Source: an uncultured Chloroflexia bacterium (GTDB taxonomy: Bacteria > Chloroflexota > Limnocylindria > Limnocylindrales > CSP1-4). From it: a stretch of DNA of 64,000 bases. Position 1 is the first letter of the stretch. Every line of letters starts with the position of its first letter. The notes beneath the pieces were generated by a model that saw only the letters and a program-made list of their open reading frames with translations, was not told the origin of the DNA and ran no database searches. The position numbers and the translations under genes were made by a program. The stretch spans positions 163,761 through 227,760 of the forward strand of contig CAWJHK010000006.1 in the NCBI GenBank assembly GCA_963842695.1, read 5' to 3'. Positions 21,878 through 30,845 of this stretch are shown one piece after another.

Positions 21878-22801
21878 TTGCGAGTCCGGTTCGGCCGCCT
21901 TGCCGCGGTCCCCGTCGTCTTGCTCGTGACAGCGACCCTGGTCGCGGCCATCGGCGTCGCGCCGACCGCCGCCTCCGGGCCGGCCGGTCTCGGACGCTTC
22001 ATGTACGCGCTCGGGCAGGTCGAATCGCACGGCAACTACGAGGCGCGCAACGCGGTCTCCGGCGCCTACGGCAAGTACCAGTTCATGCCGGCGAGCTGGC
22101 GAGGCTGGGCGAAGCGCTACCTCGGTGACGCCAACGCCACGCCGACACCACGAAACCAGGACATCGTCGCCGCGGCGAAGCTGACCGCGCTGTACAAGGG
22201 GCTCGCGAGCTGGCGCCGCGTCGCCTACTGGTGGCTCACCGGATCGAGCCGAACGGGCCCCTGGACGAAATACGCGACCCGCTACGTCAACCGGGTGATG
22301 AGGGTCTACGACAGCACGCAGGACGCTGCCCCGCCGCCGCCCCCACCAACCGCGACGCCAACGCCCAAGCCAAAGTCGACGCCGACTCCGAAGCGCACGT
22401 CGACCCCGCCGCCGCAACTCGCCTCGAACGTCGTTCGACGTGTCTCGGACCGGCACCCGGGCATCCGGTACTCCGGCGCCTGGATGTCGGCCCGGTTCTC
22501 GGCCTACGAGGGTCGGGAGGTCCGATACGCGACGGCCGCCGGCGCCCGGGCGACCCTGGCGTTCAACGCGCACGCGATCACGTGGATCGGCCCGATCGGC
22601 CCGACGCGGGGCCAGGCTCGCGTCTACATCGACGGCAAGCTCGCGACGACGGTCGACCTCTTCGCCCAGGCGTTCTCGGCCCGCAAGGCGCTGTTCACGA
22701 AGACCTGGCTCAAGAACGGCAACCACACGATCGCGATCGAGGTCGTCGGCACCGCGGGCCGGCCGTACGTCGCGATCGACGAGTTGACGGTGACCCAGTA
22801 G
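21878..22801 (+). CDS. secreted lysozyme-like/lytic transglycosylase domain + Pro/Thr linker + beta-sandwich domain
   Basis: AGGAG RBS, TTG start, signal peptide, VES catalytic Glu, GAYGKYQF, TP.NQD; C-terminal GPTRGQARVYIDG...VDL. Confidence 0.75.
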   Translation: MRVRFGRLAAVPVVLLVTATLVAAIGVAPTAASGPAGLGRFMYALGQVESHGNYEARNAVSGAYGKYQFMPASWRGWAKRYLGDANATPTPRNQDIVAAAKLTALYKGLASWRRVAYWWLTGSSRTGPWTKYATRYVNRVMRVYDSTQDAAPPPPPPTATPTPKPKSTPTPKRTSTPPPQLASNVVRRVSDRHPGIRYSGAWMSARFSAYEGREVRYATAAGARATLAFNAHAITWIGPIGPTRGQARVYIDGKLATTVDLFAQAFSARKALFTKTWLKNGNHTIAIEVVGTAGRPYVAIDELTVTQ

Positions 22802-22818
22802 TCGGGGTGGCGCCTGGT

Positions 22819-23199
22819 CTACCGCGTCGCGATGACCTCGATCTCGACGCGGTAGTCGGCGGCAAGGGCGGTCACACCGACCGTCGCGCGGGTCGGTGGC
22901 TCGGTCGGGAAGTACTCCCGGTACACGGCGTTCATCGCCGCGAACTCGGTGAAGTCCTTCAAATACACCGTCGCCTTGACGACGTCCTTGAAATCGAGGC
23001 CGACCGCCCGCAGCAGCCGCCCGACGTTCTCGAGCATCGCGCGCGTCTCGGCATCGATGCCGCCCGGCACCGCGCCCTGGACCCCCGGGGCGCTGCCGAC
23101 CTGGCCGGCCACGAACACGAGGCCGTTGGCCTCGACGACCTGCGAGAACGGGAACTGGCTCGGTTCGAGGCCCGGGCCGGTCGGGACGGTCTTCGGCAT
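22819..23199 (-). CDS. RidA/YjgF family enamine deaminase
   Basis: AGGAG RBS; FVAGQ, VVKATVYL, MNAVY, PTRATV, VEIE. Confidence 0.92.
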   Translation of the reverse strand: MPKTVPTGPGLEPSQFPFSQVVEANGLVFVAGQVGSAPGVQGAVPGGIDAETRAMLENVGRLLRAVGLDFKDVVKATVYLKDFTEFAAMNAVYREYFPTEPPTRATVGVTALAADYRVEIEVIATR

Positions 23200-23245
23200 G
23201 GCGATCTCCTTCGCTCGTGGCTTCGATCGACAGCGTAGCGAGCCG

Positions 23246-24368
23246 TCAGAGTCGCCGGTCGGCGGCCTCGACGGCCCGTGCCGACCACCACGCGAGATCG
23301 TCGGCGGCCGGGATCCCCGAGGCGAGGATGGCACCAGCTTCGGCGTCGAAACCCTTCCGCCAGCCGCGCATGAGCAGGCCGACGATCCACGTCAGGTCGA
23401 GCTGCACCTCCCAGTCGCCGATCGTCGCATCGAGGCCGCGGGGAGGCAGCCGATCCGGGTCGCGTTCCATGACCGGACCGACCGACGGCCCGAAAGGCCA
23501 GGCGCGCCCCATCGCGAGCGACTCACGAGCGGCGCGGACCGCACGCGGCGTGGTATCCCGACATCACGTCGTCAGGCGATCGCCGGAGGCTCGCGCTGTT
23601 CGACACGAGCAACCAACCGAGCTCGATCGCGACCGGACCGAGCGACATCATCTGCCAGTCGATCAAGGCGACGCGGCCGTCGTCGAGCGGTGCGACGTTG
23701 GCGAGCTTCAGGTCTCCGTGCAGGCCGGTCTGCGGCAGCCGACCGAGCGCGTCGAGCAGGGGACCGGGCTCCACGGACAGGCGCTCGACCAGGTCGCGGG
23801 CGGCCGCCGGCGCGGACCGATCGAATGCGTCCCAGCCGGCCAGGAAACGGTCACCGACCGCGACGCCCTCGTCGCGGTAGCGCTCGGCGAACGGTCGCGA
23901 CAGCAGGAGCAGTCGTTCGCGCAGCGGGCACCACGGCCAGTCCCAATCGGCGGTCGTCGGGCGGTAGTCCGCCCACGGCATCGCATGCAGGCGGGCCGTC
24001 GCGTCGAGGACGCGGATCAGCGTCGAGTCGTCGATCGGATGCTCCCAGGCGATCAGCTCGGCGGACAGGTCCGGCATGAGGATCGCGATCGACTCGCCGG
24101 CCGAGCCGATGCCGAAGTAGGGCGCCACGAGCGGCTCGGCGAGCCGGACCTGGCCCCCGGCGAGGACTCCCTCCCGGATCGCCACGTCGCGCGTGGCGCG
24201 GACGATCCAGTCCGCGGACGGCGACGTCCGCTTGAGCACGAACCGGTCCGTGCCGCGGGTGATCGACGTCAGCCGCGAGCCGGACCAGCCGTCGTTCGCG
24301 AAGTCGGCCTCGGGCAGGCCCTCGAGCTCGTGCTCCGCGAGCAGCTGCCGGAGCGACCGCGTCGTCAG
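23246..24368 (-). CDS. aminoglycoside/choline phosphotransferase-like kinase; frameshift near 23520, start approximate
   Basis: GWSGS loop, FVLKR, ARLHA, Brenner motif HGDLKLAN, IDWQ. Confidence 0.8.
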
Positions 24369-24372
24369 GCCC

Positions 24373-24789
24373 TCAGCACGGGGCCGGCACGTCGAGCGCG
24401 CCGTCAGGCCCGCCGTCGAGATAGACCACGTGCGAATCGGGGCAATTGCGAGTCAGCACCACGACGAGCGGCTCGGTCGTGGAGGCGTTGGCCTCGACAT
24501 GGATCTCGCCGGCCGGGATGTAGACGAAGTCGCCGGCGGCCGCGTCGAACGTCTCCTCCACCCCGGTCGGCCCGAACGTGTAGTGGGCGGCGCCCGACAG
24601 GATGTAGATCGACGTCTCGCAGTCGCCGTGATGGTGGATCCGCGTGCGGTCTCCGGGAGCCGTCGAGACGATCGACGAATACAGCCGCCGCGCCCCGACG
24701 GTCGGCGCCGAGATGGCGATCGACCGCTCCATGCCCGGGTGCTGCCCGATCGTCGTGTGCCGGTCGGTCGGCCGGATCCGGGTCGCCAT
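24373..24789 (-). CDS. cupin domain protein
   Basis: HHHGDCE..IYILSG and GDFVYIPAGEIH; TATCAT-N6-ATG. Confidence 0.88.
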   Translation of the reverse strand: MATRIRPTDRHTTIGQHPGMERSIAISAPTVGARRLYSSIVSTAPGDRTRIHHHGDCETSIYILSGAAHYTFGPTGVEETFDAAAGDFVYIPAGEIHVEANASTTEPLVVVLTRNCPDSHVVYLDGGPDGALDVPAPC

Positions 24790-24823
24790 CGGGCGATGAT
24801 ACGAGCCGGGTACCATCCGCCGC

Positions 24824-25831
24824 GTGCCCCGCTGGACGCCAGACCCCGACCGGTTCCCGCGCTTCCCGCTGCTGGACGGTCCCTCGCCGCTGACGCGTCT
24901 GGCGCGTCTCGAGACGGTGCTCGGCGGCCGTGCCGAGCTGTGGATCAAGCGCGAGGACCTGCTGCCGCTCGCATTCGGCGGCAACAAGCTGCGCAACCTG
25001 GAGTTCCTCGTCGGCGCGGCGCTCGCCGAGGGCGCGGACAGTCTCGTGACGTCCGGCCGACGCTGGTCCAATCATGCCCGGCTGACGGCCGCGGCCGGGG
25101 CGCGCGCCGGGCTCGAGGTCCATCTCGTGCTGTCGGGCCCACCGACCGACCCGGTAAACCCCGGTACCGCCCTCGATGAGCTGCTCGGCGCGACGGTCCA
25201 CCAGGCGCGGACCGCGGACCGGGTCGAGCGAGCCGCCCTCGTCGACAACGTGGTTGGGAGCCTCCGAGCCGCGGGCCGACAGCCGGCCGTCGTGGCGGTC
25301 GGCGGCTCGGGCGTGACGGGGGCGATCGGACAGGTCCTGGCGGCAGCGGAGGTTGCCGAACAGGCAGCGGCCTCAGGCTTCGAGCCCGACGACCTCGTCC
25401 TGCCGTCCGCCACCGGGGGCACGCAGGCCGGCCTCGTGGTCGGCCTGCGGACGGCTGGGCTAGCCACGACCGTCCACGGCATCGCCGTTACGCCGCTCGC
25501 CGAGCTGCGACCCGGCGTCGAGCGGCTGATCGCCGACCTGCGCACGGTCGACGGTCTGGCGTGGACGGCCGAGGCCGACATCCGGGTCGACGGCGACCAG
25601 CTCGGCGACGGCTACGGCATCCCGACGGAGGCCGCTGCCGAGGCGACCAGGCTCCTGGCACGCAGCGAGGGCATCCTCGTCGACCCGATCTACACCGCCA
25701 AGGCGCTCGCCGGGCTCGTCGCCAGCGTCCGGGCGGGCAGGTTCGACGGCCGCCGAGTCGTGTTCTGGCACGCCGGCGGGACGCCCGGCTTGTTCGAGCC
25801 GCTCGAGCAGGCCACTGGGGACGATAGATGA
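24824..25831 (+). CDS. D-cysteine desulfhydrase / ACC deaminase family PLP enzyme
   Basis: IKRED...FGGNKLRNLE, SNHAR, TGGTQAG, EGILVDPIYTAK. Confidence 0.9.
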   Translation: MPRWTPDPDRFPRFPLLDGPSPLTRLARLETVLGGRAELWIKREDLLPLAFGGNKLRNLEFLVGAALAEGADSLVTSGRRWSNHARLTAAAGARAGLEVHLVLSGPPTDPVNPGTALDELLGATVHQARTADRVERAALVDNVVGSLRAAGRQPAVVAVGGSGVTGAIGQVLAAAEVAEQAAASGFEPDDLVLPSATGGTQAGLVVGLRTAGLATTVHGIAVTPLAELRPGVERLIADLRTVDGLAWTAEADIRVDGDQLGDGYGIPTEAAAEATRLLARSEGILVDPIYTAKALAGLVASVRAGRFDGRRVVFWHAGGTPGLFEPLEQATGDDR

Positions 25832-26517
25832 CGGAGCTGGGTGGTCTCCGGCGGCACTGGCGGACGAACGGCGTCCCCGGTCTCCTTGAACGAGAGTGGG
25901 AGATGTATTGGCCGCTCGACCTGGATGCGATGCCCTCGATCGGAAGGACGCTCGATGGGACGCTTGACTGGCTCCTCGAGGCGCCGAGCCATGTTCGGTC
26001 GCTCGAGCGGGGCCCAGATGATGCGACCCAACGTGATGCGAGTCCCGCGGAGCTCCGGGCGATCGCGCCGAATGTGACGCTCTCCGGCGCCTTTCGGCGA
26101 TTTGTCGAGGACCCGGAACCTCGTCGGCATATCCGGTCCGCAACCGCATGCTATCTCGATCTCGGGCACTTTCCCGTGCGCACGAGCGACGGTGGGACGC
26201 TCATCCACTTCCTCTCGGATCAGCAGTGGGTGTTCCATTGGCTGATCTACGTCGGGTCAGATGGTCTCGAATCCGTCATCGGTTCGCCTAGCCCGCTCGG
26301 CTTCGACGACGGTCAGGGACCCCCACGGCGGCTCGTGACCCCGGCGACCGATCGGGACGAGCTTGATGTCTGCTCCGACACGTTCGAGGAGTTCCTCTAT
26401 CGCTACTGGGCTGAGAACGAACTCTTCTTCCGGCTCGCGGTCGACGGATCGTCACTGAACGACATGCCCGCCGAGCTGCGCGAGTATGCGAACGGTTATC
26501 CGCGGGACGGCGCGTAG
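25828..26517 (+). CDS. hypothetical protein, possibly SMI1/KNR4 (SUKH)-like
   Basis: ATGA overlap; FLSDQQWVFHWLIY and CSDTFEEFLYRYW motifs; more A/T-ending codons than neighbours. Confidence 0.6.
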   Translation: MTELGGLRRHWRTNGVPGLLEREWEMYWPLDLDAMPSIGRTLDGTLDWLLEAPSHVRSLERGPDDATQRDASPAELRAIAPNVTLSGAFRRFVEDPEPRRHIRSATACYLDLGHFPVRTSDGGTLIHFLSDQQWVFHWLIYVGSDGLESVIGSPSPLGFDDGQGPPRRLVTPATDRDELDVCSDTFEEFLYRYWAENELFFRLAVDGSSLNDMPAELREYANGYPRDGA

Positions 26518-26556
26518 GTTGTAGACGTCGTCGTCGCGGTGGTTCGGCGCGTCCTG

Positions 26557-27462
26557 CTACCGGTCGAGCAGCGGCCCGCGCAGGTGCAGCCAATCGACGT
26601 CGCGTTCGTACCCGAGGCGTTCGTTCACCTGGAGCATCGGGTTCTCGGTGGCGTTGGCGGTTCGGAGCCGGCGCAGCCCGCGACGCCTGGCCGCGTCGAT
26701 CTGCGCTTGCTTGAGCGCGAGCGCGACGCCGCGGCGCCTCCACGCGCGTACTACGCCGGTCATCGCGTGGTGCCCTTCCTCGTTGTCCCCGGCGTGGAGG
26801 GTGGCATAGCCGACGACCTCGCCGTGCCAGACGGCGACGAACGAGCAGTCGCGCAACACCTGTGACGAGAGCTCCTGCGCACGCCAGTCATCGAACGTGC
26901 CGATCTCGACGCCGTCGGCCGCCGGGATGTCCGGCTCGATCTCGAGCGCCGCGACGTAGACCGTCGGCTCGAGCTCGATCGAGAACACGACGAGCTCGAT
27001 ACCGGCCGGTGGGTCGAAGTGGCCCGTCGCACCGGCGAGATCGAGAACGGACTCGCGCATCCGCAGGACTTCGACGAACCCGCGCTTGCCGAGGTAGGTC
27101 TGCGTATCGACGTCGTCGTGCCTCGCCGGCATCGTGAGCGCCGTCCGGCCGTCGCCCCGGGCACGAGCCGATAGCGCCCGGAACAGCTCAGTCCCGACGC
27201 CCCGACGGCGGTAGCGCTGCAGCACGCGGACGCTGATCCAGCCCTCGGGTCCTTCACCGGCCAGGTCGTCGCCATGCGGCTCGACGAAGCCGGTTCCGAC
27301 TGCTACGCCGTCGAGCACTCCGAGCAGATCGAGGCGCCTGGGCGACCGAAGGTGCTCGAGATACGCCGCCCGAGGCGTCATGTGCTCGGGGTCGATCTCG
27401 CTGCGGAGCGCGAGGAACACGTCGGCATCCGCCTCGGTCTCGACACGCCGCAGCTCGATCAT
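26557..27462 (-). CDS. tandem GNAT acetyltransferase
   Basis: Two acetyl-CoA motifs (RRRGVG, RRRGVA), LGKRGF, VNERLGY. Confidence 0.88.
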   Translation of the reverse strand: MIELRRVETEADADVFLALRSEIDPEHMTPRAAYLEHLRSPRRLDLLGVLDGVAVGTGFVEPHGDDLAGEGPEGWISVRVLQRYRRRGVGTELFRALSARARGDGRTALTMPARHDDVDTQTYLGKRGFVEVLRMRESVLDLAGATGHFDPPAGIELVVFSIELEPTVYVAALEIEPDIPAADGVEIGTFDDWRAQELSSQVLRDCSFVAVWHGEVVGYATLHAGDNEEGHHAMTGVVRAWRRRGVALALKQAQIDAARRRGLRRLRTANATENPMLQVNERLGYERDVDWLHLRGPLLDR

Positions 27463-27487
27463 CGGCCGCGCCTCGTCTTCAGGGCGC

Positions 27488-28684
27488 CTACTCGCCGGAC
27501 CGCCACGCGTCGCGGAGCTTGATCCGCCCCCCGAACTGGAGGACGGCGCCCGCGTAGACCCGCGCGCCGATCGTGAACAGGACGTAGATCCCGATCAGGG
27601 TGAGGATCGCCGCCACGCCGATCTGCCACGGCGGGATGGCGTCGAAGGCGGCCCGCAGCGGGACCACGAACGGCGCCGACGGCGGAAGGAACGTCGCGAC
27701 GGTGGCGACCAGCCCGTTCGGGTCGTCGATGACCGCGAAGATCGCCACGAAATAGCTGAGCATCGCGACCATCGTCACCGGGGTCGAGGCGTTCGAGGCC
27801 TCCTCCTGCCGCGACGCGAGCGCGCCGAGGAACCCGAGGGCGGTCGAGTAGAGCAGGTAGCCGAGCACGAACCAGATCGCCAGCAGGACGACCGTGCCGG
27901 GTGTCGTCGTCGGCAACACGAGACGGTCCGTCGCCAGCGCGGCGATCAACGCCGCGACGATGAACACGGCGAGCTGGGCGATCCCGAGCACACCGATCCC
28001 GAGGACCTTGCCCATGAGGAGGTCGCGGGCCCGGACGGTCGAGAGGACGACCTCGACGACGCGGCTCTGCTTCTCCTCGACGACGCCCGTGAGGACCGCG
28101 AAGCCGAAGCTGAAGATGCCGACGAGGATCAGGACCGCGCCGATGTTGGCGACCAGGAACTTCGCCTGATCCTCTTCCGTCTGCGCCTGCAGCGAGATGG
28201 TCTCCGGTGGCCGCTGCGCGTCGGCGAGCGCCCCCAGGTCGACATTGCTCTCGCCGAGGATCGATTGGACGCGCAAGGCCACGGTCGCCGCGGCGATGAC
28301 CTGGGCGGTCGCCTGGTCTGGCTGCCGCTTGACCCGGATCTCCCCGGGGCCGGACAGGTCGGCCGGGATCTCGACAACGATCTCCGCGTTGCCGTCATTG
28401 AGGGCGACATCTGCCGCCGCCGCATCTCGGTAGGTCGCGATCGCGACCTTGTGATCGAAGCGCTGGGCCGATTGCTCGATGGCGGACTGGAGGCCGGGTG
28501 GCGTCGGCTCGACGATGCCGACCTTGGTCGGGTTGTCGCCGCCGAACACGATCGCCGGGATCACGAACGAACCGACGACGATGAGCGTGGTGAAGGCCAC
28601 GCTGAGGAGGAAGCCGCGGCTCCGGCCGCGTTCGAGGATCTCGCGCCTGGCCACCAGCCAGATGCTTCGCCAGCGGGGCATCAC
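27488..28684 (-). CDS. ABC-2 permease (NatB/YhaP-like)
   Basis: VARRE, VVEEKQSRVVEVVLS, LLMGKVLG. Confidence 0.9.
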   Translation of the reverse strand: MMPRWRSIWLVARREILERGRSRGFLLSVAFTTLIVVGSFVIPAIVFGGDNPTKVGIVEPTPPGLQSAIEQSAQRFDHKVAIATYRDAAAADVALNDGNAEIVVEIPADLSGPGEIRVKRQPDQATAQVIAAATVALRVQSILGESNVDLGALADAQRPPETISLQAQTEEDQAKFLVANIGAVLILVGIFSFGFAVLTGVVEEKQSRVVEVVLSTVRARDLLMGKVLGIGVLGIAQLAVFIVAALIAALATDRLVLPTTTPGTVVLLAIWFVLGYLLYSTALGFLGALASRQEEASNASTPVTMVAMLSYFVAIFAVIDDPNGLVATVATFLPPSAPFVVPLRAAFDAIPPWQIGVAAILTLIGIYVLFTIGARVYAGAVLQFGGRIKLRDAWRSGE

Positions 28685-29601
28685 GCCACCTCCCGGGTCT
28701 CGGCCGCCGGCTCGGGCGTGACCGCTTCCATGAACAGCTCGGATAGCTTCGGCGGCTCGTACGAGAACGTGCGGACCTCGCCGGCAGCGCGCGCCCGGGT
28801 GAGCAGGCTGTCGAGGTCGACGTCACGGTCGACCAGCAGCTTGACCTTGTCGCCGGTTCGCTCGAGCACCTGGAGGTTGTCGTGGCCGTTCAGCCAGTCG
28901 CCCTTGGAGCCTGCGACCTCGATCTCGAGGTGCTGACGGCCCGACGCGGCCTTGAGCTCGTCGATGGCGCCCGAGGCAACGATCCGCCCCCGGGCGATGA
29001 TCACGACGTCCTCGCACACGTCCTCGACGAGATCGAGCTGGTGGCTGCTGAACACGACGCCGGCGCCGGCCGCGGCCTGCTCCCGGACGACCTCGGTCAT
29101 CGTCGCGATGCCGATCGGGTCGAGCCCGGAGAACGGCTCGTCGAGGACGAGCAGCTCGGGATCGTGGACGAGCGCCGTCGCGAGCTGGACGCGCTGCTGG
29201 TTGCCGTGCGACAGCTCCTCGAGCTTCGACTTCGCACGGTCGCCGAGGCCCATCCGCTCGAGCCACTTGCCGGCGGCGGCATTGGCGGCCTTGCCCGACA
29301 TGCCGTGCTGCTGGCCGAAGTAGCTGAGCTGCTCGGCGACGCGCATCCGCGGGTACAGCCCGCGCTGCTCGGGCATGTAGCCGAACCGCAGGCGCATGTC
29401 GCGATCGACCGGCTGGCCCTTCCAGCGGACCTCGCCGCGGTCGGGGACCGCGAGGCCGAAGACGCAGCGCATCGTGGTGGTCTTGCCTGCGCCGTTGGGC
29501 CCGAGGAAGCCGACGATGCGGCCCGGTCGGGCAGTGAACGAGGCACCGTCGAGGGCGACGACGGGTCCGTAGCGTTTGGTCAGATCCTGGATCTCAAGCA
29601 T
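28681..29601 (-). CDS. ABC transporter ATP-binding protein (YhaQ-like)
   Basis: GPNGAGKTT, LSHGNQQR, LDEPFSGLDP. Confidence 0.92.
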   Translation of the reverse strand: MLEIQDLTKRYGPVVALDGASFTARPGRIVGFLGPNGAGKTTTMRCVFGLAVPDRGEVRWKGQPVDRDMRLRFGYMPEQRGLYPRMRVAEQLSYFGQQHGMSGKAANAAAGKWLERMGLGDRAKSKLEELSHGNQQRVQLATALVHDPELLVLDEPFSGLDPIGIATMTEVVREQAAAGAGVVFSSHQLDLVEDVCEDVVIIARGRIVASGAIDELKAASGRQHLEIEVAGSKGDWLNGHDNLQVLERTGDKVKLLVDRDVDLDSLLTRARAAGEVRTFSYEPPKLSELFMEAVTPEPAAETREVA

Positions 29602-29699
29602 CGTTCGGGGACTCCCGGTGCGTGGTCATGCCAATGATGGCAGGCGGTCGCATCCGTGGGTGCGGACGCGATTGACGACGTGGACACGATGGATGTACC

Positions 29700-29726
29700 G
29701 AAGCCCCCGGCCAGGCCGGAGGCTTC
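29700..29726 (-). terminator. hairpin downstream of cupredoxin gene
   Basis: gaagcccccggcc-a-ggccggaggcttc inverted repeat. Confidence 0.5.
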
Positions 29727-29749
29727 GATGGCGGCGGATCACGGACCGA

Positions 29750-30137
29750 TCACTTGGCGGTGATCGTGCCCTTCATGTTGGGATGGACTTCGCAGATGAA
29801 GGTGTAGGTGCCGGCGGTCAGCGCCGGGACCTGGTAGGTCACCTTCGTGCCCGAGACGATCTCGCCCTTGAAGACGCCCTGGCCGCTCGCGTTCGAGATG
29901 GCCACGTTGTGCGGAGCGCCGTCCTGGTTGTCGAAGGCGATGGCGAACGGAGCGCCGGCCGTCGACGGTGACGTCGGGCGCGACGAACTGCATGTCCTTG
30001 GCGACGATCGAGACGGCCTCGCCGCTCGGGGTGCCGGTGTCGGGGGCCGAGGTCGCCGGCGCCGCAGAGGCGCCGGAGCAGGCGGCCAGCACGGCGGCCA
30101 GCGCGAGCAGGCCGAGGGTGAGGGTCAGGCGCTTCAT
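29750..30137 (-). CDS. cupredoxin (plastocyanin-like) lipoprotein; one frameshift near 29965
   Basis: AAGGAG RBS; lipobox LAAC; after frame correction PHNV...YTFICEVHPNM gives type-1 Cu ligands His/Cys/His/Met. Confidence 0.85.
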
Positions 30138-30172
30138 GTCGTTGGCTCCTTCGATCTCGTGGTGGGGTGAGG

Positions 30173-30598
30173 TCAGGCGCCGGCGGCGGCGGTGCCGCGG
30201 CGAGCGACGAGGGAGCCGAAGGCGGCCAGCTCGCGGCGGACGACCGCGATCGGGCTGCCGTCGTGGCGGGCGAAGTCGACGGCGAGGAGGACGATCAGAG
30301 CGACCTCGATGCCCTTGGCGATGTATGCGGTGCTGTAGTACGGGCCCTGGATCGCCCACATGACGATGGCGGTGGCGGCGTAGCCGATGAGGCCGAGCCG
30401 GATGATCCAGCGGAAGCGGACGGCGAGGGCGAGCGGGATGATCATCGCGACGGCGGCGACGGCGTAGCCGGCTGCGTTCAGGGTGAACAGCAGGCCACCG
30501 AGCGTGTAGTGGATGTAGCCGGTGGCGAGGGCGAGGGCGACGATGGCGGCACGGACCGCGACGTCGGCGGGGCGGAGCGTGGTGCGGGAGGCGAACAT
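30173..30598 (-). CDS. small 4-TM membrane protein of unknown function
   Basis: TGYIH...FTLNAAGY...IAKGIE; GAGG RBS; co-oriented with the cupredoxin gene. Confidence 0.75.
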   Translation of the reverse strand: MFASRTTLRPADVAVRAAIVALALATGYIHYTLGGLLFTLNAAGYAVAAVAMIIPLALAVRFRWIIRLGLIGYAATAIVMWAIQGPYYSTAYIAKGIEVALIVLLAVDFARHDGSPIAVVRRELAAFGSLVARRGTAAAGA

Positions 30599-30845
30599 CG
30601 GTTGGGGACCTCTCTGATGCGCTCTGGCCGGTCGATCGCCGGCGTCGGGCCGTATCGTCTAGGGGCCTGCCCTGGCGGCGCGGTGGGCAAGCGCCCGCGA
30701 TTCGGCCGGTCGGATGTCGGGCCGCTCGACCGGCCGGTCGACAGTGCCCGACCGACCGCTGACGGGGCGGGCATCGGCCGGATGACGTAGCCGGCATCGG
30801 CGAACGGCGATGCCGTGCTTCGGGGTCCCGTCGTATCCTCGCCCG

